DNA of 64,000 bases. Source: Bacteroidia bacterium (GTDB lineage: Bacteria > Bacteroidota > Bacteroidia > NS11-12g > UBA9320). A model generated the notes under the pieces. That model saw only the letters and a program-made list of their open reading frames with translations, did no database searches and was not told where the DNA came from. Positions within the stretch are counted from its first letter, which is position 1. The number at the start of each line of letters is the position of its first letter. The DNA is taken from positions 30,851-94,850 of the forward strand of contig JAGDZU010000001.1 of assembly GCA_049115575.1 (NCBI GenBank), read 5' to 3'. The translations under genes and the position numbers were made by a program. Shown here one piece after another: positions 49,148-59,400 of this stretch.

Positions 49148-50920
49148 CTATCTCACTTGAAATTTACCACGTCTAATCTCAGGACCAGACTCTAAGTTAA
49201 GTATATACTGCCCGGGCTCTAGCATAGAAACATCAATAGTGTTGAGTGTGCCTCGAAACTCTTGCTGAATAACGGTTTGTCCTTGAAGATTAAGAATAGC
49301 CCATCTATCAATAATTAATGGATTATCTCTTCTAAGATGAAGAAGGTCATGAGTGGGATTAGGGAACAATTCTAGATTGCTCTCGACTATTCCTTTAGCA
49401 GACAATGGGTGGACATATATATTAATAAATAATATGTCGTCAGCTGCAGGACAAAATGCTCCAACTCCCGTTGAAACGGAGACAAGAAATCGTCCGAAAC
49501 TATCTATACTGTTGATAGGAATTGAGATGATCACACTGTCTTGGTCTATGGAATTGAACGTAGCTGCTCCTCCAGTTAAAGATACAATATTCCATGTTAA
49601 AGGATATAGTAAATGTGCTGCAGAATATCTTAGCTGAACGTTCAATGTGTCAAGTGATTTAGAAACGTAATAGTGTCTTTCTTGCCCTAAGATATCTACA
49701 AAGGGTGCAGGTTCAACTTTAGTTTTGATATTAAACTCACCTATGCAGCCTGTACTAGGATCTACACCGCTATGGTAAGTAATCAAAATATCTTCATTGA
49801 ATTTGCTAGCTTTATTTGGCTTAAATATACCATTTTCAACTGCTGGAGTGTCGTTGCATGACCAAAATGAATTTGACCAATTTGGAGAAGCTAAGAGAGT
49901 AATGTCTGGGTCACTACTACAATAAAAAGGGTCAATAGGGTTAATAATGGATTGTTGACCATTTTGAATAACTAATGTAGTATCTCTATAGCTCCAACAA
50001 CCAGTTGCACGATGATTAAATCTTAATCCAAATGCTTTTGGGTATTGAACTGTTGAAGGTGTAGAATTTCGTGTATTGATAAGTGAGCTATCATTGATGC
50101 CACCCAGTTCCTTCGCATCTCTTAGGTTCCATCCATCGCGGGTTGTCCAGAATCCATCAACCCAATTCACATCGAATAAATCATTTAAGTCAATTTCTCC
50201 TTCACTCCAACACAAATCTCTTCCAGCACTAAACCATATTTCCGGTGCATGCCATATTTCAAAACTGACGGTATCTACATTTTTACAGCCATATTGGTTT
50301 ATAAATGTAAACTCCAATACAACAGTATCTCTAGTCAAGTTTTTTAAAGTATAATGAGCTTTATCTACATTCAACCAATAATTGGGTATAGAGGTAGGTG
50401 AACGATCTTCAAGCATATTGTTGAAGTTGTTCCCATTGCATTCTACGCATTCCCAAGAAGGTGTGCCGAGATTAATTCCTGCAGGAGAAGGTCTTTTAAG
50501 TAATTCACTTGATAAATGTATTTCATTAATGTCTTGACAAAAGATTTTGTCTTTAAATTCAATTTGAGGTAGTGGATTGACAGTTACGTACATGCTGTCA
50601 GATTTCATTATGCCATTTTTAAAAGCTTGAATAACAAAGGTTACTCTATTCACAAAAGAAGCAGCATAAGTAAAAGCATTAATAGATAGTGTTGAATCAG
50701 TTTCCTTTAGCGAGTCTCTTTTAGAATAGGTCTGAATATACCACTTCAATGAATCTGCAGGCCCGTTGTTAGTATTTACCATAAGGGTAAAAGAATCGTT
50801 TGCACAGACATCAAAATCCGGCGGAAGGGAAATGGAGAATTGCGCTTGACTTAGTAGAGCAGAAAGACCAAATAGGGCTAGTAAGGCAAACCGCATATGG
50901 ATTGTTTGTAAAATTAACAA
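49148..50920 (-). CDS. Secreted protein with a T9SS type A C-terminal sorting domain
   Basis: Signal peptide and a C-terminal [14 protein letters not shown] ... GQYILNL ... KFQVR CTD. Confidence 0.6.
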   Translation of the reverse strand: MLILQTIHMRFALLALFGLSALLSQAQFSISLPPDFDVCANDSFTLMVNTNNGPADSLKWYIQTYSKRDSLKETDSTLSINAFTYAASFVNRVTFVIQAFKNGIMKSDSMYVTVNPLPQIEFKDKIFCQDINEIHLSSELLKRPSPAGINLGTPSWECVECNGNNFNNMLEDRSPTSIPNYWLNVDKAHYTLKNLTRDTVVLEFTFINQYGCKNVDTVSFEIWHAPEIWFSAGRDLCWSEGEIDLNDLFDVNWVDGFWTTRDGWNLRDAKELGGINDSSLINTRNSTPSTVQYPKAFGLRFNHRATGCWSYRDTTLVIQNGQQSIINPIDPFYCSSDPDITLLASPNWSNSFWSCNDTPAVENGIFKPNKASKFNEDILITYHSGVDPSTGCIGEFNIKTKVEPAPFVDILGQERHYYVSKSLDTLNVQLRYSAAHLLYPLTWNIVSLTGGAATFNSIDQDSVIISIPINSIDSFGRFLVSVSTGVGAFCPAADDILFINIYVHPLSAKGIVESNLELFPNPTHDLLHLRRDNPLIIDRWAILNLQGQTVIQQEFRGTLNTIDVSMLEPGQYILNLESGPEIRRGKFQVR

Positions 50921-50969
50921 AAGAGTTTATATCTAAATTAGACACATAGATTGTAAATAGGTTGCCCAA

Positions 50970-51003
50970 ACAAAAAACCCGCCTCAAAATTGAAGCGGGT
51001 TTA
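50970..51003 (-). terminator. Rho-independent terminator after the DsrE-like gene (minus-strand sulfur operon)
   Basis: ACCCGCCTCAA-AAT-TGAAGCGGGT hairpin; on the minus strand it is followed by TTTTTTG. Confidence 0.55.
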
Positions 51004-51020
51004 CTTAGGTGTTATTATGA

Positions 51021-51539
51021 TTAAATAAACAGTAAATGAGTTCCATCACCTTTTGCTCTTTCATAGAAATCTCCAACGGTGAGTACTCCATCAAAATCAT
51101 CGTATAAATCCTCTTCTTTTAAGTGGAACATATCCATAGCGAGCTTACAAGCCCAAAGCTTAGCACCAGAAGCTGAAAGGATTTCTAAAAATTCGTCTAC
51201 AGGAGGAATGTCTAGTTTTTCCATTTCAGATTTCATCATTTTGGTTGCCAATGCTTCCATCCCTGGAAGTCCACCTAACATTGTAGGTATGTGCATTCCT
51301 GGATTACCCACGGTTGCCACTTTTATTTTTTCCAGTTTAGATTTATTTATAGCTTCAAGACCAAAAAAGGTGAAAAATATCTCAGACTCTATCCCTTCCA
51401 TTCTAGCACCATTGGCCAAGATGAAACATGCGTAAACATTGTCCAAAGTTGCTTTACTCAAGATGAGCATCATTTTCTTAACTGGTTTCTCTGTTGTAAG
51501 TTCAGTCTGTGAGTTTTCCAATATATCTGTGTTGTCCAT
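51021..51539 (-). CDS. DsrE/DsrF-like family protein
   Basis: 172 aa with a DsrE-like fold appearance and a conserved Cys (YACFILANGA). Confidence 0.55.
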   Translation of the reverse strand: MDNTDILENSQTELTTEKPVKKMMLILSKATLDNVYACFILANGARMEGIESEIFFTFFGLEAINKSKLEKIKVATVGNPGMHIPTMLGGLPGMEALATKMMKSEMEKLDIPPVDEFLEILSASGAKLWACKLAMDMFHLKEEDLYDDFDGVLTVGDFYERAKGDGTHLLFI

Positions 51540-51551
51540 AATCAGGTTTTT

Positions 51552-51866
51552 TTAAATACAGCTTTTAGGTTTAGGTATACCAGCAATCTTGCTAGATATT
51601 TTCAAAGGACCTTTTGGGAATAGAGAATAGAATTCTTTAATAGATACTACTCCGCTTTTTCCTACCTTTCTAATAGTTAAAGGAATTTCTTTTCTTTCTT
51701 GATCTTGAAGAAATTCAACTACATCCCAATGCTTATCGGTCATGTTTATTCCTTCATTTTGAGCCATATGCTCACCAACTTGTCTAGACCATTGTGTTAA
51801 GTCTGTCATGTAGCCTTCTTCGTTAAGATCTACCGTTGTGTTTCCAATTTGTTGTGTGTTACTCAT
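51552..51866 (-). CDS. TusE/DsrC family sulfur-relay protein
   Basis: The C-terminus LFPKGPLKISSKIAGIPKPKSCI aligns with the E. coli TusE ...[23 protein letters not shown]. The terminal Cys is present but the penultimate Cys is replaced by Ser. Confidence 0.7.
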   Translation of the reverse strand: MSNTQQIGNTTVDLNEEGYMTDLTQWSRQVGEHMAQNEGINMTDKHWDVVEFLQDQERKEIPLTIRKVGKSGVVSIKEFYSLFPKGPLKISSKIAGIPKPKSCI

Positions 51867-51870
51867 GATA

Positions 51871-53127
51871 TTATTGTGTTATGGTTTCTTTATGTTTTAT
51901 TTCTTTTCCTGCTTCGCTCATTTTAGCCGAGACGAACGGAATATGTTTGCCTTTAATTAACATATTCCAATAGATCCATCTGAAAGCCAGTTTTCCAACA
52001 TGGTTCATATGAGATTCTTTTAGAAGACTCAAGGGCCCAATCTTGGAAAACGGGAAGGTTCCTGCTACCGGTTCTTGCGTGTAGTTAAAGTCTATCAGTA
52101 ATGCCTTGCCATGACCGGTCTCTATAAAACAGTTAGCATGGCCGTCGAATTCTTTCTTAAGCTCTTTGCCATCTATATAACGCTGTATATTCTCTGTTAG
52201 AATCTCAGCTTCAAAATGTGCTACTGAACCTGCTTTAGATGCTGGGATATTAGTAGCATCTCCTATAGCGAAAATGTTGTCTTTCACCTTGCTCTGTAGA
52301 GTTGCTTTATCCGTAGGAACAAAATTTAACTCATCCCCAAATCCAGAACGTTCTATCATTGAATCTCCCATATTGGTTGGTACTGTAACCAGAAGATCGT
52401 ATTCTACTTCATCTTCTCCGTAATCAATGATTTTTTTGTTTTCGTAATCTACTCTTTCTATAGCAAAGTCGGGAACAATTTTAATGTTCTTCTGCTCTAA
52501 AAGATATGAGAGTTCTTTGGACGCAGTTGGCTTGGTGAATGCACCAGACATTGGCGTAACATAGGTGATATCCACTTTGTCTCTCATTCCCTTATTCAAA
52601 AAGTAGGAGTCGGCTAAAAAGGCAAATTCAAGTGGGGCTACTGGGCATTTGATTGGCATTTCGGTAATATGAACTACCAGTTTTCCGCCTTCCCAATTGC
52701 GCAGCTTGTTGCGCAGATTCTTAGCGCCATTAAAAGTGTAGAAGTCAAAAATGCTTTTCTGCCATTCTTCACTCAACATACCTTCAATTTCTTCTGGAGC
52801 AATGTCTGTACCAGTGGCGATTATTAAAATATTGTAATTGAGAACATCACCGTTCTTAAGTATTACCTGATCATTATCTTTATCAATTCGTTCAATAGCG
52901 CCTTTAATTAAATTCACGCCTTTGGGAATGAATTTATCTATGGATTTTTTCAGTTGCTTTGGCTTGTATATGTCAAAAGGTAGAAATAAGAACCCCGGCT
53001 GATAGTAATGGGTTTCACGTTGATCTACAATTCCAATATTCCATTCATCTTTATTTAAAGTATTTCTCAGATGATTAGCCATCATGGTTCCTGATGTTCC
53101 CGCTCCAAGTATGAGTAGTTCTTTCAT
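51871..53127 (-). CDS. FAD-dependent pyridine-nucleotide-disulfide oxidoreductase, sulfide:quinone oxidoreductase-like
   Basis: N-terminal GAGTSG FAD motif, about 418 aa, IKCPVAP motif; it sits next to the DsrE and TusE genes. Confidence 0.55.
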   Translation of the reverse strand: MKELLILGAGTSGTMMANHLRNTLNKDEWNIGIVDQRETHYYQPGFLFLPFDIYKPKQLKKSIDKFIPKGVNLIKGAIERIDKDNDQVILKNGDVLNYNILIIATGTDIAPEEIEGMLSEEWQKSIFDFYTFNGAKNLRNKLRNWEGGKLVVHITEMPIKCPVAPLEFAFLADSYFLNKGMRDKVDITYVTPMSGAFTKPTASKELSYLLEQKNIKIVPDFAIERVDYENKKIIDYGEDEVEYDLLVTVPTNMGDSMIERSGFGDELNFVPTDKATLQSKVKDNIFAIGDATNIPASKAGSVAHFEAEILTENIQRYIDGKELKKEFDGHANCFIETGHGKALLIDFNYTQEPVAGTFPFSKIGPLSLLKESHMNHVGKLAFRWIYWNMLIKGKHIPFVSAKMSEAGKEIKHKETITQ

Positions 53128-53289
53128 TTGTTTTAATTTCTACTGCAAAGTGAGCGATGGGAGCCCATTCCACAAAGCGATTTTGCATTCTCACATAGAA
53201 ATCTGATTTATATCATTCGATTTTGGTGCAAGTATGAGCTGTGATTAAGTGGTGCCAAAGGATAGCTGTGATTTGCTCCGTTTTTTGTA

Positions 53290-53303
53290 GTAACAATTGT
53301 TAC
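53290..53303. promoter_or_regulatory. Perfect 14-bp palindrome GTAACAATTGTTAC in the divergent region between the SQR-like gene and the giant type-B CTD adhesin
   Basis: Read directly; same AACAATTGTT core as 8659-8670. Confidence 0.3.
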
Positions 53304-53384
53304 ATAGAAATTTGCTGAAATTATGTATTTAAATGCTCTTTGATTTTGAAATCGCTTAAAAAAGACCAGATGCCTGTGATTCCT

Positions 53385-53392
53385 TATCTTTG
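53385..53392 (+). promoter_or_regulatory. Bacteroidetes -7 promoter element (TATCTTTG) upstream of the 2403-aa gene
   Basis: TAnnTTTG consensus 20 nt before the ATG. Confidence 0.35.
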
Positions 53393-53411
53393 TATGTGAG
53401 GGGAGACTTAA

Positions 53412-56400
53412 ATGCGTTTTATTACTTTACTAGCCGTTGCATTAATGGCCCAGATTTCTGTTTGGGGTCAAAGTAAGGTATCCGTTACTATTACCAAGCC
53501 CTCAGAATTTCATCTTTGTATAGTTTCTGATTTAGTAGATATTGAAGTTAGAAATATTACAACAGGAACCGTTACAGGGTTAGAAGTGCAATTAGACCTA
53601 CCTACAGGCGTGCAGTATGACTCTAACTCTGTTTTAGGAGTAGGAATATCTGAAAAGAACGTAAGCAACCTTTCCAAACCTATTTTTAGTGTGGATGACT
53701 TGGCTTTTGCATCTTCTCGCACTTTGTCATTCAAATTAAAAATTGATTGTTCTGTTTCCGCCTTTCTCAATGGAGGAGGAATTGCTCAAATTAAATCCAT
53801 CACCAACTATACTGGTGGTTCTGTTAACGAGAACTCTACTGCGCTTAATATAAAGCAACCTTCATTGCAAATTCAAAGCATAAGCAAACAACTGTATACC
53901 GCAGATGTAGGAGAGGTATTTGTAAGGGAAATCAAACTCAAGAACAGCGGAACTGGAAAAATTGCCCAATTTGAATTGAGAAGGATATATGAAAATGGTT
54001 TGATTCATGTTGGAACCAGTGGTAAAACAAATCAAAGCTCATTAGATACTTTCTGGACGTTCTTAGACAGTAGTGATATAGTACTTCAAGGGAATTATGA
54101 TAAGTTCCTAGACCTGAATGAAGAAGTTGTTATTTCAGATACAATGCGGGTAGATGGCTGTAACAACCTAGGCACAGATTACAGTGTTGCTTGGGGGTGT
54201 TATGGGGTGTTTTGTGATGTGAAAAAGGCTTCGGCCAATGTGAGTATATCCAATAAGAATCCAGACATTGTATTTACTCCGCGTTCTTATACCAGCAATT
54301 GCTTGGACAAATCTACCAATCATCTACAAGAGCTCATTATTTATAATAAAGGAGATGATACCGCCAGACAATTCGATCTACATTTATTTCAATCTCGGGG
54401 AACAGGATTTAGCATATATGTTTTGTCCGAGATGGATTACAACAGTTTTAGAACAAGAACAAGTCTGAATGGAGCAACAAGCAATATTATTCCCTATAAG
54501 GCTTCTAATGGGGCTGCTACAGGAATATATGCCTGCTTGAACAGCAATTCAGTGGGAGAAGCATTTTTCAATTTGGGTAATATAGCTCCTGGAGATTCTG
54601 TAATCATGTCTTGGAATTCCATTTCATGTTGTCCTACCATATGCAATGCCAGCGTCTTCATAAGCCATAGATGGAAATTTGAATCAAACTTTAAAGATCA
54701 ATGTGATAAGCTGAATTCAACACCGGAAGGCTGGGGAAGTTATGGGCTCACACAGAGTGTAGTTATAAGTAAGTTCACTCCAACCGATATTTTAGATGGC
54801 CAAACAAAAAGGTTAGAATACTCTTTTAGCAATGGATATTTGTTAAGACCACGTGCTTCATCTCAATTAACAGTTGAGTTGGTTTTGCCCAGTGGACTTA
54901 GTCACAGTTTGCTGAAGTCAGACATAGAGTTCAGACATCCGAATGGAAGCAATTGGCAACCTGACTATTTTAGTTCAAATGGTGATACCGTAAGAGCTTT
55001 TTTTAATGGCGTACCTAAAGTCACACTTACCAGAGGAGAATTGCTTATTGATATCAAAGGAGATTGCGGAAGTGGATCAGGCAATAAAGATGTGACTTAT
55101 GATTTCACTCTGAAATACAATCCCGATACTACCTGTAGTAGTAATTGCGCTTATAAGGTTTATTGCACTACGGACAAAATCAAAGTCCATTGTGCTACGA
55201 GTTGTTCTGCAGGACTACATTTCAACGATTTTGAAGCAAAGCGTGTGAATTATGGTTTACCAGATGCCAATAATGATGGTATAGCAGATGCATCAGGGAA
55301 TATTGATTTAGACAAAATAAAAACGCATAAAGTAATGGTGGGCGATACGCTTGTGACCACCTTTAGAGCAGATGTGGGAAATGCGGGTTCAATTACAAAC
55401 TGGTACCACGGAAAGGCAACATCAAAAGTTACTTTTGGTAGCTATCTGAAAGTAGAAGATGTTAGAATTAAAATATACCGTAATTCAGGATTGCTATTCA
55501 ATTGCAATAACATTATCTATAGCTCCACAACGGTTGGCACCACACAGACATTTACATTCGATATTGGGTATACCAATTTAACCAATTCAGGTTGTGTAAC
55601 ATATTCTACCTTCTCATATTTGAGTGTAGATAGTATAGAGCTTGAAGTAACCTATGTAGTGGATCAGAATCCTGGGAATGCAGAAAGGCAAATGTATTTC
55701 GACAATGATTTCTATTTGTCTTCTGTTGCCAGCCCAACAAGCAGCCAGAAATATCAATGTGATAGTTTTTCTGCCAAAATGAGCTTGATTGGTTATTACT
55801 TCACCAACTATGGACGTAACCTCATCAATGCCAGTGGATGTTCCGACTTCTATGCCAATCAGAATTTTTATTTAAGCGTTGGTAGATGTTGTACAAATTA
55901 CGGCGGAGGAAATATCTTTCCATATGAATACAGACCTTGGGCAAAACTCAATGAAATAATTTTCAATAAACCCGCTGGATTCGATGTAAAAAATGGCAGA
56001 TTTATTCAATATAGAACAGCGGGAACCGGTGCTGTGGGAACGCAGCGAATAGATACTATTTCACCATCCACGGTTAGTCCTACCTCTATTAATTATAGAA
56101 CTGATTCTCTATATGAAGATTTGGGGGGTCCAATACTCATAAGTGATGATGGTTTTCACGGTACATTCACGGCCACTCTTGAAGCCAATTGTCTAGCTCA
56201 ATCTGGAGCTCATTCATTGGAATATGGGTTTGTATTTGAAAAATTGGCTGTGCTTGGAGGGGGCTTGGATACACTTTATAGCAATGCCCAAGATGACCAA
56301 GTGAATTACGCAAAACCGGAATTCAACATTATTCCTAAAGATCCATACATTTATGCAGAAAGTGACACGGTTGAATGGGATGTAAGAGTGATAAACATTA

Positions 56401-59400
56401 CTGCAAATTCGGCTGCAGAAAACGTTTGGATTGGTGCTCAAGTTAGCCCCAATGTGGAGTTGGTAGAAGTGATTGATCTTAAAACTAATACTCCTTTAGT
56501 TAAACAGAATGATCTGTTCTTAATAGGGCCATATGGCATACTTGAACAGAAGGACTATAGATTGAGAGCAGTATATAAATCCTGTGCAACAGACAGTGTT
56601 AAACTCGAGCTTGGTTTTGATTGCAGAGGCTATACAGACTCAATAGCAGATTTTCCTTGTAATACTACAAGCATAAATCTCTATTATGAGCCTATTAACA
56701 CAAGGCTTGAAGCCAATATTCTAGACTCCACATCTCAAGCTCATTTATGTGAAGATCAATTCTACAATATTCAAATCAGAAATACTGGAGCTCCAAAAGT
56801 GTTTGATGTCTATTTAGATATGTTGCTAAGGCCCGGTATGATTTTAAAAGATACTGCATGGTTATTTGTGGATGGCAGGGCAGATTCCACCATGATCACC
56901 AATCCGGTTTGGATAAATGGCAATACAAAACGATGGAATATTTCTAGTCAAGACAGTCTGTTGCTCAACTTGGGTATGAATGGTGTGAAAAGCTCAGATG
57001 GTTATGTGCTCACATTAAGAGTGGTGATCAGCACGGATTGTGATTTTACCAGCTCTACTTCTTTCTTGATTAAACCTGGCGGGTATTTAAAATGTGGCAC
57101 TCCAGTGAATGCTGGATTCAGCATAGGAGACCCTATTGATATAATAGGAGTGACCAAACCTTATTTTTCTTCCTTGGCTTATAAAATGAATCCATTGGAA
57201 GTCTGTGAGTTTATAGACAGCACTTATGTGTCCTTTATTAACTTAGGCCCAGATACTACCGGTCATACAGATCAGATTATTATTAGCTTGCCAGAAGGTA
57301 TAACCATAGACACTAACTTCTTAAGTGTGATTAACCAAGGTCCAACATCCTACAAATACGAGTTTAAGAACGGCGAGAATGTCTTTAGTTATAAGCTGCC
57401 TTCAGGAATAACAGTTGGAGACAGTTCAGTATTCTATTTAAAGACGCAATTATCAAATACAGAATTGTCTTGTGAAACGCAACAGATTTTTGTGCAAGCA
57501 GTTATCGAACAATCTGTGTTGTGTGTTAAAGACAGCTCTTATTGTGATATAAATGTAGCTACCAGTTCAGTTGTTATTACCGATACAGTTAAAAAGGCAG
57601 AATATGCGCTTGCATTCGGCTCAGCTACATCTATAGCCACAGGCAATAATGAAACTGTGAGCTTGAATTATGACATTAGCAATGTTGGCCTAAGTAAACG
57701 TATAAATGATTTACTAGTAGTTGATCTCATATTGGATCAAAATGGAAATGGTTTGGTAGATCCTGGAGATAGCCTATTGTTATCAGATAGTGTTTGGAGT
57801 GCAATATCTTCTAATTCTTCCATAAACAGAGTATTGAATTTTGATGTCTTGTCTAACAAAACCTGTGATTTGTTATTGTCTATAGATAGTACAAATTGTG
57901 CTTGTGAAACAACAGTCATTAGAATACCATTTATACAATTGCTCAATGCTGGGCCAGATACTTTGGCATGTCCTGGCGTGAGTTTCAGCATAGGTCAAGC
58001 CGGTAACGCCTTTGTAAATTACAGTTGGAACAATGGCTCATTCTTAAGTGATTCCAACCTGAGTAGAACCGTATTTACAGGTGTGAATACTACAACTTCT
58101 CAATTGAGTATTGAAATGGTTTTACTCTCAGATAAGGGCAAGTGTTCTTCTTCAGACACTATGTATGTCACTCTAAATCCAGGTATGCAATTGAACCTGG
58201 TAGATTCTGTGAAAATGTGTAAAGGAAGTAGAGTATTAATAGGAGATCCTGTAATTGGAGGAGTGGGTACTTTAAAAGATTACGTTTGGTCCCCAATTGA
58301 TAGCTTAAGTAGACCTACTGGAGTTAGAACTTATGCCAATCCTACTGTGAGTACTATGTACAAAGTTCAAATCACGGATGATTCTGCATGCGTTATCTCA
58401 GATTCAACTTACGTTGAAGTCATTGAAACACCACTTGCAGATTTTGAGCTTCGCGACACCTGTGCCAATTCATTGGTGAGCTTTAAGAACACATCTGATT
58501 TTTACAGTGAACCCGTTGACAGTGTTTTATGGACTTTTGGTTCATTAAGTTCAAGCCAATTGTATTCCCCATCAGTCTTTATAGATAGTAGCCAGTTTAT
58601 GCAAATAGAGCTCTATATAGGCAATAGCCAAGGATGTTGGGATACCACTACTAAAACTTTAGAACTATACCCACTGCCAAATGCGGCAATGGAAATTAGA
58701 GATGATTGTGAAGGGGATACTAGCCTGTTTAAAGCACTTTCTACTATAGAATATGGCAGTCTTAATCATGAGTGGTTAATAAATGGAGATAACTTTAACT
58801 CAAATCAGCTGTTATATACCTTGCCTCTTGGAAATGCACAAGAAGTGCTATTAAAAGTATGGTCAGATAAAGGTTGTTATGATCAGCTGAAAGATACCAT
58901 TGTGCTATTTGAGAAGCCATTACTAGATATCTCGGCGGGGAATCATTGCTTTGGAGACAGTATTACAATTAGCGGCGCGCAACTGGCTAATGATGCTTTG
59001 GTTTCCTACCAATGGCTAGTAAATGGTGTAGCAGTGTCTCAAAGTCAGCAGTTCAATCATCTTATGTTGGATACAGGAATTCACAACATCTTATTCATGG
59101 CAGAAACGGCAAATTCTTGTAGAGATACCGCCGGTCTACAAGTGAAGACCAATGAATTGCCAATAAGCAATTTTGTTGGAAATGATTTATGCCTTCAAGA
59201 CACCTTCTTTTATGCAGATAGATCAACAATTTCAAATGGATCAATAAGTCAAGTGTATTGGGATCTTGGTTCTGGATTTGTATTGGGAGCAGACAGTTCT
59301 TTCTATATTCCAATTAGTCAAGGGTTGATAAACTTGGGTCAGAAAGTAATATCTGATAATGGATGTTTAGATTCTAGTTATCAAAACTTTAATGTTCATT

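Noticed and set aside
53510-59313. Small ORFs on either strand within the 2403-aa gene
   Set aside because: They are nested in a continuous long ORF with signal peptide and CTD.
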